Part shown: positions 49,296-57,132 of the stretch, one piece after another
How positions within the stretch are numbered: the stretch's first letter is position 1
Layout of the letters: the number at the start of each line of letters is the position of its first letter
DNA from: Pedosphaera sp.
GTDB taxonomy: Bacteria > Verrucomicrobiota > Verrucomicrobiia > Limisphaerales > SIBH01
Assembly (NCBI GenBank): GCA_031414955.1
Contig: JANOQV010000242.1
Span: 1-64,000, forward strand
DNA length: 64,000 nt
Direction of reading: 5' to 3'
Program-made: the position numbers and the translations under genes
The notes under the pieces: model-generated
Database searches by the model: none
What the model was told of the DNA's origin: nothing
Seen by the model: the letters and a program-made list of their open reading frames with translations, nothing else

Positions 49296-49835
49296 CTATT
49301 TGGCGGCCAGCGCGTCCTCGATGGATTTGGCGATCTCGGGACTTTCCACCTTGGCCCGGGGGTCGATGCGTTTGAGGATCTTGCCATCGCGGCCGACGAG
49401 GAATTTGCCGAAGTTCCAACCCACATCGCCGGGGAAGGGGGAGTCTTTGCCCGAGAGCGCCTTGTAGAGCGGATGCTGTTTCGCGCCCTTGACGTCGAGC
49501 TTGTCAAACATCGGGAAGGTCACGCTGTAAGTCTTGGCGCAGAACTCCAGAATCTCCGCGTTGCTCCCCGGCTCCTGCCCGCCGAACTGGTTGCACGGGA
49601 AGCCGAGCACGACCAGACCCTTGTCCTTGTTCTTGGCGTAGAGTTCTTCGAGTCCTTTGTATTGCGGGGTGTTGCCGCACTTGGAGGCCACGTTGACGAT
49701 GAGCAGCACCTTGCCCTTGTGCTCCTTGAGGGATGTGTCTTTGCCGTGAATGTCCTTCAACGGGATGTCGTAGATGGATTGGGCAAAAAGCATGGGAGCG
49801 AGAAACAGGGCGCCGAGGAGCAAAGTGATTTTCAT
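49296..49835 (-). CDS. Cys-type glutathione peroxidase, secreted
   Basis: VNVASKCG, LGFPCNQFGGQEPG, WNFGKFLV; signal peptide. Confidence 0.93.
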   Translation of the reverse strand: MKITLLLGALFLAPMLFAQSIYDIPLKDIHGKDTSLKEHKGKVLLIVNVASKCGNTPQYKGLEELYAKNKDKGLVVLGFPCNQFGGQEPGSNAEILEFCAKTYSVTFPMFDKLDVKGAKQHPLYKALSGKDSPFPGDVGWNFGKFLVGRDGKILKRIDPRAKVESPEIAKSIEDALAAK

Positions 49836-49869
49836 GGAGGGAGTATTTGTTGGCCCGGGGGAATGTCAA
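49836..49869 (-). promoter_or_regulatory. Sigma70-like leaderless promoter of the peroxidase gene
   Basis: Minus strand TTGACA-N16-AATACT-N6-ATG. Confidence 0.7.
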
Positions 49870-50191
49870 TTTTGGTTTTGGACTTTGGTCAGGGTGAGAT
49901 CGTTTCTCGGCCTGAAGCCTCGGCCCTGTTTCTGCGGGTACGGGGCCGAGGCTGCTTTCCTCCTCCTCCTTGCGGCGTTATGCAGTGCGTCCGGGCACGA
50001 CCGGATACCTGCTCTTAGCACAATTAGCCATCAGCCCGATCCAAGGTCACGTTACGTTGGGAAACTACTTCGTGTCGAAATGCGGCGGCTTCCGTTTGCG
50101 TCCGAAAACCATCGCCGCGAATCACGAAGGAGTGACGGCCTGCGCGGAAGGATCCGCGGCCGGGCCGGCGGGTGGTGAATCAAGAAGCGGC

Positions 50192-50812
50192 CTAGCCGGG
50201 GAGGGCGCGTTGGATCAAGGCGCGCTCCCGTTCACTGTAGTTGAGCTTCAGGGCGTGCTCATGCCCGCTGGGGGTCATCTTGATCCAGGATTTTTGGAGA
50301 GCATTGATGACCTTCTCCTCGTCGGTTTTTTGCACGAGATCCGTGAGTTGAAACTGGAGGAAGAGCAGGCAGAGCGCATCTTCCAGCACGCGGCTTTCGG
50401 AATCGGCGGGGAAATTCTTCTTCAGATTCAGTTCGCTCACCCGCCGCCGCAGGCCTTCCGGATAGCCGGTCGCGTGCAGCACGAGGGAAGATTTTTCGGC
50501 GTGAAAATGTTTCAAGCCGGCCCGCCACTGAAGATATCCGGCGCGGGTCATCTCAAAACTGCGGCGCGGGATCATCCAGCGGCACAAGTGCTGGCAGCGG
50601 GAGGCGAGCCGCAGGGGTTCGGAGGCATCGGGAGCGAGGGTCATCACCCAATGCGACAGGCGCCCGGCGTTGAGCAGTTCGCGGGGGCGTGGCTCGCCGT
50701 CCACTATTTCCTGATTTGGATCGGCGGCGTTTAATTCATCGAAGCGGCGGATCGCGGCGCGGAAACGCTCGGGGTCGGAGACCTTGGTAAAGAACCGGTC
50801 GTCGTTGCTCAC
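50192..50812 (-). CDS. DUF4202 family protein
   Basis: FDELNAADPN, ASE.LRLA.R.QH..RW.IPR, GYLQWR, LEDALCLLFL. Confidence 0.85.
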   Translation of the reverse strand: MSNDDRFFTKVSDPERFRAAIRRFDELNAADPNQEIVDGEPRPRELLNAGRLSHWVMTLAPDASEPLRLASRCQHLCRWMIPRRSFEMTRAGYLQWRAGLKHFHAEKSSLVLHATGYPEGLRRRVSELNLKKNFPADSESRVLEDALCLLFLQFQLTDLVQKTDEEKVINALQKSWIKMTPSGHEHALKLNYSERERALIQRALPG

Positions 50813-50909
50813 GAGGGGCAGCTAAACAGAAGGGCCGGACCGCCGCAATGCCGGCCTGACTACTTTGCTTGACGCATCCTCGTCGCCGCCGGGATTCTGG
50901 CCCTGACTT

Positions 50910-51899
50910 ATGTTGCCGATCAGCGTTGTGGTTCCCACGCGCAACTCGATGTCGCTTCTGCCGAAGCATTTCGAGGCCATGCGCTCGTGGGTGGACCTGG
51001 CGGAGGAAGTTGTGGCCGTGGACAGCCACTCGAATGATGGCACGCTGGAGTTTTTGCAGCGCGAGTTAAAGCATCCCAACGTCCGCGTGCTCACTCACCC
51101 GCCGGGCCTTTACCAGTCTTGGAACTTTGGCATCGCGCGGTGCCGCGCCAAATACACCTACGTTTCCACGGTGGGCGAGGAGATCACGCGGGCCGGGCTC
51201 ACGGAACTGCACGCGGTGGCGGAGCGGTTCACCGCCGAGGTCGTCATTAGCCCGCCGCGTATGGTGGACATGGCCGGCCAGCCGAAGGAGAAGGAATGGC
51301 CGGTGCATACGTTGTTGGAAAAAATTCAGGTGACGGAGCCAGTCGCGCTCGAAGGCTTGGCGGCCCAGCTTCTCGCGGTGATTTTCGTGCAGCGGGGCAT
51401 TCTCGGCAGTTCGGCCAGCGACCTCTACCGCACGGAGGTGCTGCAACGGTTTCCGTTCCGCACCGACTTCGGTACGGCCGGGGACGTGGCCTGGGGTTTG
51501 GAGCATCTGGGGCGGGGAAGGATGGCGATCTTGCCGCGGAGTTATTCCACCTTCGTATTTCATCCGAAGTCGTATGCGAAGAGCGACTATGCGGTGTCGA
51601 ATTATTCCGAGAAGTGCATCGAAACGGCCGCGCAAACCGTGGCCGCGCGCTCCTGGGCGAAAGCGGGAGTGGTGCCAGCGGAGGGGGAGGCTCTGCTGCA
51701 CGAACTGCTGCGGGCGTGGCGTGAGTTTGTCGCGGCCAAACGCGCCGTGGATGCTTCCAAGGCGAAGGGGCTCCTTTCTTTTTTTCGTTCTGGCACCTGG
51801 CGGGCCCGGGCGGATCGGGAAGCGGAGTCGCGGCGCTTGCTTTTGGTCAGGGTGCGAGCCTTGGATTTCGTGCAGCGTTCGTTGATGCGCGCCGGTTGA
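50910..51899 (+). CDS. Glycosyltransferase family 2
   Basis: ISVVVPTRN, VDSHSNDGT, GLYQSWNFGI. Confidence 0.8.
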   Translation: MLPISVVVPTRNSMSLLPKHFEAMRSWVDLAEEVVAVDSHSNDGTLEFLQRELKHPNVRVLTHPPGLYQSWNFGIARCRAKYTYVSTVGEEITRAGLTELHAVAERFTAEVVISPPRMVDMAGQPKEKEWPVHTLLEKIQVTEPVALEGLAAQLLAVIFVQRGILGSSASDLYRTEVLQRFPFRTDFGTAGDVAWGLEHLGRGRMAILPRSYSTFVFHPKSYAKSDYAVSNYSEKCIETAAQTVAARSWAKAGVVPAEGEALLHELLRAWREFVAAKRAVDASKAKGLLSFFRSGTWRARADREAESRRLLLVRVRALDFVQRSLMRAG

Positions 51900-51900
51900 C

Positions 51901-54900
51901 TCAGGCCAACGCCACCGCGCCGTCCATCAACTCGTCCACGGCGCGGGCCAGGTCTGCTGGGCTGTAGGGCTTGGGCACCACCCCGCCGAAACCGTAGTCG
52001 CGGAAATTAGCCATCACCGGATCGTTCGAGTATCCGCTGCACACAATGGCGCGGACGTTGGGGTCGATTAGCCGCAGTTCGACAATGGTTTCCTGTCCGC
52101 CCATGCCGTGCGGAATGGTGAGGTCCATGATGACGACGTCGAACGGTTCGGTGCTGTGCAGAGCCTCCTGGTAAGTCTGAATGGCCTCGGCGCCATCGGC
52201 CGCGGTTTTCACCTTGTGCCCCAGCCGAGCCAGCACTTGGGCCGCGAGTTCGCGCAGGGGGAGTTCATCATCCATGACCAGGATATGGCGTGGCGTGGTC
52301 GAAGCCGGTGATCCCAGGCGGGTCATGGCTGGAGTCGCCGGTGCCTCGACGTCCGCCGGCAGATAAACATGGAATATCGTCCCTTCTCCGGGCACGGACT
52401 CGACCGTGATTTGTCCATCGTGCTTGCGCACGATGGAGTAGGCCGAGGCCAGTTCCAGACCGTTCCCGCTGCGCTTGGGATCGAACGAAGGTTCAAATAT
52501 TTCGCCCAACTGCTCGGGGGCAAGCCCCGCGCCGTAGTCGCGGATCGAGACCAGCAAGTAGCGGCCTGGAGCAAGCATCATGGTCGGGTCGCTCTGGATT
52601 TCCTGATTGAGCACATGAACATCGAGGCGGGGATTGATCGAGAGCGAGGCCCGCACGAAGCCAAACAGGTTGTGCAGCACTTGTTCGATTTGGGATTCAT
52701 CCACGACCGCCGGCCAGAGGTTTTCGGCCAGGTAATATTCAGGGATTACGCCGCTGGGTTGGAGCGCGCGGGCGGCGCATTCCTGCACTAGCGGCAGGAG
52801 GGCCTGGCGCTTCCGGATCGGAGCGCCGCCCCGGGCAAAGGTGAGCAGGCGCTGGGTCAGACTGCGGGCGCGCAGCGAAGCCTGCTCGGCTTCGCCCAGG
52901 GCCTCGTGGACCGAGCGCCCGGCGGTCTCACCCAGTCGGGCCAGGGCGATATTGCCGAGAATAACCGTGAGAATGTTGTTGAAATCATGCGCAATGCTGG
53001 CCGCCAGCACTCCGATTGATTCCAGTTGGCTCGCTTTGAGCAGTTCGGCCTCGGTGCGGAGTTTTTCGGTGATGTCGCGAAATACGAGCACCGCGCCCAT
53101 CATGTTGCCGTTCGGGTCGATGATCGGGGCGTACGATTGGGAAATGAATTTCTCCGAGTCATCGCGGGCCAGGAGCAGGCAATCGCGCCCGGGGTGCGAC
53201 TCCGTGAATTCAGGCGCACTTGCCGCCGGGTGTCCACTCGGAGGCATCTCGGCCAGACGGATGACTTCTTCCAGGGGACGGCCCACGGCCTCGGGCTGGC
53301 TCCAGCCGCTGAGTTGCTCGGCGACCTTGTTGAAGAGCACGATGCGCCCCTCAAGATCAGTAGTGATGACGCCATCGGCAATAGAACGCAACGTGACACC
53401 CAGCAACTCCTTTTCTTCCTGCAAAGCGTGTTCAATCGATTTGAGGGCGGAGATATCCTTGGTGATGCCGAAGGTGCCGATGATTTCGCCGTGCTTGTCT
53501 CGCAGCGGCATCTTGCTGCTGAGCGCCCAGGAGGTGCGCCCATCCGGCCAGACCTCTTTCTCCACATGGCCGATGACCGGTTGGCCGGTGCGAATGATGG
53601 TTTGCTCCATCTCATAGGCCGGCCGGGCATGCTCCTCGGCGAAGAAGTCGAAATCCGACCGTCCCACGGCGGCGGAAGTTGAGGCCACATTCAAGTGCTT
53701 CAACATCGCCCGGCTGAAGCGGATGAGGCGCGACTCGGTATTTTTGAAATAGATGCTGTCGGGTGCGTGCTCCAGCAGTGTGTCGAGCAGATCGCGCTCG
53801 TAGGCCAACATTTCCCCGCTCAGGTGCGACTCCGTGATCTTGGTGTGTAATTCGGTGTTGGCCGCGAGCAGTTGTTCTTCGGAGGCCAGCAGGCGCTGGT
53901 TCAGTTTTTCGGCTGCGGATCGCGCATTGCCCTGGGCCCAGGCGATACCGAATATGAGCAGGCTGAAGCACAGCCCGCCGGCCAGGACCAACTTGGGCAG
54001 GTAGGTGTCGGACGTCTCAACAAAGCGCGGCAGCGTGCGAAAGCGCAAGTGCAGGGACCGGTCGAACAGGCGCATCGGCAACTCCCTGTGCAGCGCAGCC
54101 GGGAAAGCCAGCGCGGGCACGCCGTAGGATGCGAGCAACGCCGGCCCGTTCGTATCCACTCCGTCAAACATCTCCACGCTCATCAGGCCATCAAAATGCC
54201 GGTTCGAAAGCGTGTGGAAAAAGTGCTGCGGGATGAAGGCGCTAAAGACCACTCCGCGCAGTTCACCATTGCTGGCCTGGACGGGGATGAAAATGGTGAA
54301 GCCATCCACCGTTGGCGCACCATTGATCCAGAGGGCCAGCTTGGGGGTCACGGCCGGCTGGCGTTTTTGCAGGACGGCTTCGAGCGCCGGGCGCTTGAGG
54401 GTCTCCGAGTAGGTGTCCCAGCCGACCCGGCCGTCCACGTTGGTTGGAAACTGCCGCATCAGGACGGTCGGAAACATTAATGGCGCGGAAGAGGTCGGGG
54501 TAATTTCAAAATCCGGGCCGGCCTGCGCCCGCATCGATCTCACGAAGTGCGCGCGCTGCTCCGCGCTGACCTTCTGGGCAAATCCGATGGAACGGACGCC
54601 TGGGTGCTGGTTGGGGAAGTCGAGCTTGTCCACGAAGGTTTCCCACTCTGCTGGAGCCACGGACAACCTGGCTTCAAACAGCCCGCTCACGGCGCGCAGA
54701 TGCGCGGTGAAACGCTCCAAGGCATTCTGAACATGGACGGCCGAGTTCGTGGCCATGGAGTTGAAACGCGCCTCCTCGTGGAGCCGCAGGTTGGTCTGCG
54801 CGCGCCAATGCACGAGCAACGTCGGCACCAAGGCGATGCCCAAAACCAGGTACGCTGCGGCCCGAAAGCGCAGGTGCGCCCAGAGGCCTTGTCGGATTCG

Positions 54901-54906
54901 CTCCAT
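51901..54906 (-). CDS. Hybrid sensor histidine kinase (CHASE, two PAS, HisKA, HATPase, REC)
   Basis: Two TM helices flanking a CHASE-like region; PAS motifs; IAHDFNN; REC with MDDE…MDLTIP…KPY. Confidence 0.9.
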   Translation of the reverse strand: MERIRQGLWAHLRFRAAAYLVLGIALVPTLLVHWRAQTNLRLHEEARFNSMATNSAVHVQNALERFTAHLRAVSGLFEARLSVAPAEWETFVDKLDFPNQHPGVRSIGFAQKVSAEQRAHFVRSMRAQAGPDFEITPTSSAPLMFPTVLMRQFPTNVDGRVGWDTYSETLKRPALEAVLQKRQPAVTPKLALWINGAPTVDGFTIFIPVQASNGELRGVVFSAFIPQHFFHTLSNRHFDGLMSVEMFDGVDTNGPALLASYGVPALAFPAALHRELPMRLFDRSLHLRFRTLPRFVETSDTYLPKLVLAGGLCFSLLIFGIAWAQGNARSAAEKLNQRLLASEEQLLAANTELHTKITESHLSGEMLAYERDLLDTLLEHAPDSIYFKNTESRLIRFSRAMLKHLNVASTSAAVGRSDFDFFAEEHARPAYEMEQTIIRTGQPVIGHVEKEVWPDGRTSWALSSKMPLRDKHGEIIGTFGITKDISALKSIEHALQEEKELLGVTLRSIADGVITTDLEGRIVLFNKVAEQLSGWSQPEAVGRPLEEVIRLAEMPPSGHPAASAPEFTESHPGRDCLLLARDDSEKFISQSYAPIIDPNGNMMGAVLVFRDITEKLRTEAELLKASQLESIGVLAASIAHDFNNILTVILGNIALARLGETAGRSVHEALGEAEQASLRARSLTQRLLTFARGGAPIRKRQALLPLVQECAARALQPSGVIPEYYLAENLWPAVVDESQIEQVLHNLFGFVRASLSINPRLDVHVLNQEIQSDPTMMLAPGRYLLVSIRDYGAGLAPEQLGEIFEPSFDPKRSGNGLELASAYSIVRKHDGQITVESVPGEGTIFHVYLPADVEAPATPAMTRLGSPASTTPRHILVMDDELPLRELAAQVLARLGHKVKTAADGAEAIQTYQEALHSTEPFDVVIMDLTIPHGMGGQETIVELRLIDPNVRAIVCSGYSNDPVMANFRDYGFGGVVPKPYSPADLARAVDELMDGAVALA

Positions 54907-55061
54907 GAAATTCTTCAGCCAACTGACGTGCGATCAGCGTGGATGCTGCCGTAAGTCGTCGTCTGGCAGGTCTATCGACAGGTTTTTCCGGGGCTTGAGC
55001 CGGAAGAAATCTCGAACGCTCTTGCGGGTCGCGCTGTCTTTCTCCATCAATAACCGCTCGC

Positions 55062-56051
55062 ATGAATACTGGATTGACCGCCATTAACGAAACCGTGCAG
55101 AAGGCCGGCGCCTTCCTGCGCCCGCTGACCCTGGAAATGGGCAAAGTCGTCGTCGGCCAGACCTATTTGGTCGAACGCCTCGTCATTGGCCTGCTGGCCA
55201 ACGGACACGTCCTGCTCGAAGGCGTGCCCGGCCTGGCGAAAACCTTGTCCGTGAAATCGCTCGCCGCCTGCCTGAGCGTGAAATTCTCCCGGCTGCAATT
55301 CACGCCCGACATGCTGCCCGCCGACGTCATCGGCACACAGATTTACAATCCGCAATCCGGCGGCTTCACCACGCGCAAGGGACCCATCTTCTCCAACCTC
55401 GTGCTCGCCGACGAAATCAATCGCGCCCCCGCCAAGGTGCAGAGCGCGCTCCTCGAAGCCATGCAGGAGAAGCAAGTCACCATCGGCGACCAAACCTACA
55501 AGCTCGAAGAACCGTTCCTCGTCCTCGCCACGCAAAACCCCATCGAGCAGGAAGGCACCTACCCGCTGCCCGAGGCGCAAGTTGACCGCTTCATGCTCAA
55601 GCTCAAGATCGGCTACCCGTCGCGCGAGGAGGAGCGGAACATTCTCGACTTGATGGCGAAGACCGGCCCTCCCCCCGCCACACAGGCCGTCGTCGATGCC
55701 AAGCAGATTCTCGAAGCCCGCCGCGTCATCAACGACATCTACGTGGACGACAAGGTGAAGGATTACATCGTCGATCTCGTCTGCTGCACGCGCGACCCGG
55801 GCAACTACAAAATCCAACTCCAGGGTCTGATTCAACTCGGTGCCTCGCCCCGCGCCACCATCGCCCTCACGCTCGCCGCCAAGGCCCACGCCTTCTTGCG
55901 CGGTCGCGGCTACGTCACGCCGCAGGACGTGAAAAGCATCGGCATGGACGTGCTCCGCCACCGCGTCGCCATCACCTACGAAGCCGAGGCCGAGGAAAAG
56001 ACGAGCGAGACCATCATCCAGAAGATTTTTGATGAATTGCCGGTGCCGTGA
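55062..56051 (+). CDS. moxR: MoxR family AAA+ ATPase
   Basis: LLEGVPGLAKT, QFTPDMLPAD, LADEINRA, ATQNPIEQEGTYPLPEAQ.DRF, GASPR. Confidence 0.96.
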   Translation: MNTGLTAINETVQKAGAFLRPLTLEMGKVVVGQTYLVERLVIGLLANGHVLLEGVPGLAKTLSVKSLAACLSVKFSRLQFTPDMLPADVIGTQIYNPQSGGFTTRKGPIFSNLVLADEINRAPAKVQSALLEAMQEKQVTIGDQTYKLEEPFLVLATQNPIEQEGTYPLPEAQVDRFMLKLKIGYPSREEERNILDLMAKTGPPPATQAVVDAKQILEARRVINDIYVDDKVKDYIVDLVCCTRDPGNYKIQLQGLIQLGASPRATIALTLAAKAHAFLRGRGYVTPQDVKSIGMDVLRHRVAITYEAEAEEKTSETIIQKIFDELPVP

Positions 56052-56079
56052 AGCATCGGCTCGCAGAGTGAAGGAACAA

Positions 56080-56397
56080 TTAGCTGTGAAACGGATTACG
56101 CCGCAACCTCGCTTGAAGTACTTCCGGGCTGCGCTTTGCATGGAAGACGGCGATCACACCGATGATCGCGCCCGCCTGCGCGTAATAGATGAAATAGGGG
56201 AAACGTGGGACGCTCGCCTTGCGGATGGTCGGAGTGAATGGCGCAAACCGGTTTGGCGTTTCTTGAATTCGTTTCAGGATCGCCCCGACGGCTTTCTGAA
56301 GTCGGAAACCCACGCCTGGACTTTGTCGTTCATACCAACCGACGGCCTCATCAATTTCCGCACGAGCCTCGTCCGAAACGAGCAGGGTGTGGCTCAT
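56080..56397 (-). CDS. Type II toxin, RelE/ParE family
   Basis: ARAEIDEAVGWYE…G..F…RFPY.I.Y…IAVFH.KR.P; ATGA overlap with the antitoxin. Confidence 0.88.
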   Translation of the reverse strand: MSHTLLVSDEARAEIDEAVGWYERQSPGVGFRLQKAVGAILKRIQETPNRFAPFTPTIRKASVPRFPYFIYYAQAGAIIGVIAVFHAKRSPEVLQARLRRNPFHS

Positions 56398-56621
56398 GAC
56401 CAGCCGTATTTCTGGCGAAGTTCGGCGCGAATCTGTTCCCATGGCACACCCTGGCTTGGATTCTTTCGGAACTCCTCGGCCCGCCGTTCCAGTTCGGCGA
56501 TCATCTCCGGCGTCTCCACAAAATCGTCCAAGTTCACTTCCTCTTGGATTTGTTCCGCCACGAGACGTTGCTCCTCCGGCGGCAAGGCCCGGAACTGTTG
56601 CAAAACTTCGGTCGCGCTCAT
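56394..56621 (-). CDS. Addiction-module antitoxin
   Basis: LPPEEQ…AELERR…GVPWEQIR; ATG 56621. Confidence 0.85.
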   Translation of the reverse strand: MSATEVLQQFRALPPEEQRLVAEQIQEEVNLDDFVETPEMIAELERRAEEFRKNPSQGVPWEQIRAELRQKYGWS

Positions 56622-56692
56622 GGTGGATAAATTAGCCCGGCCCGTGGCGCTGGCAAGACTCCGCTTGTCGCCAATAAGTCCAATGCCATGAT
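56622..56692. promoter_or_regulatory. Back-to-back divergent sigma70-like promoters
   Basis: Minus strand TTGCCA-N16-TAATTT-N7-ATG; plus strand TTGTCG(56665)-N16-CATGAT(56687) with extended TG. Confidence 0.55.
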
Positions 56693-56721
56693 GGCCGCAA
56701 TCGCGAACCCAACCTGACACC

Positions 56722-57117
56722 ATGCCCACCACCCTCACCATCCACGACGAGACGAGTTCCGGGCAGAAGACGCACTCGTTCACCCTCGAATGCCTGACTG
56801 AGCGGATGACCGTGCGCGAACTCCTCCGCGCCCGCATCTACCAGGAGGTGCAGGACTACAACACGCGCGAGCCGGAATACTTCCGTGGCCTCGTGGAGCC
56901 GACGCAGGCCGAGCGCACGCTCAACGGCTACCGCCTGCGCGAGCGCCGCCAGCTCGACTGGCAGGAACAGTTCCAGCGCGCCACCGAAGCCTTTGAGCGC
57001 AACGGCTTCTTCGTCCTCGTGGGCAACCGGCAGGCCGCGACGCTGGACGAGGAGTTCGAAGTGAAGGTGGACACGGAAGTGAGCTTCGTGAAGCTGGTGC
57101 CGCTGGTGGGAGGGTGA
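56722..57117 (+). CDS. Hypothetical protein, candidate ubiquitin-like (ThiS/MoaD-type) with C-terminal Gly-Gly
   Basis: TVRELL near the N-terminus; FFVLVGNRQAATLDEEFEVKVDTEVSFVKLVPLVGG* at the C-terminus. Confidence 0.75.
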   Translation: MPTTLTIHDETSSGQKTHSFTLECLTERMTVRELLRARIYQEVQDYNTREPEYFRGLVEPTQAERTLNGYRLRERRQLDWQEQFQRATEAFERNGFFVLVGNRQAATLDEEFEVKVDTEVSFVKLVPLVGG

Positions 57118-57132
57118 CGACAGCAGGTTTTT

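Noticed and set aside
49296..49835. Selenocysteine recoding in the glutathione peroxidase
   Set aside because: The active-site codon is Cys (ASKCG) and there is no in-frame TGA.
50010..50045. Sigma54 or sigma70 promoter for the candidate sRNA
   Set aside because: The GG-to-GC and -35/-10 spacings do not fit either consensus.
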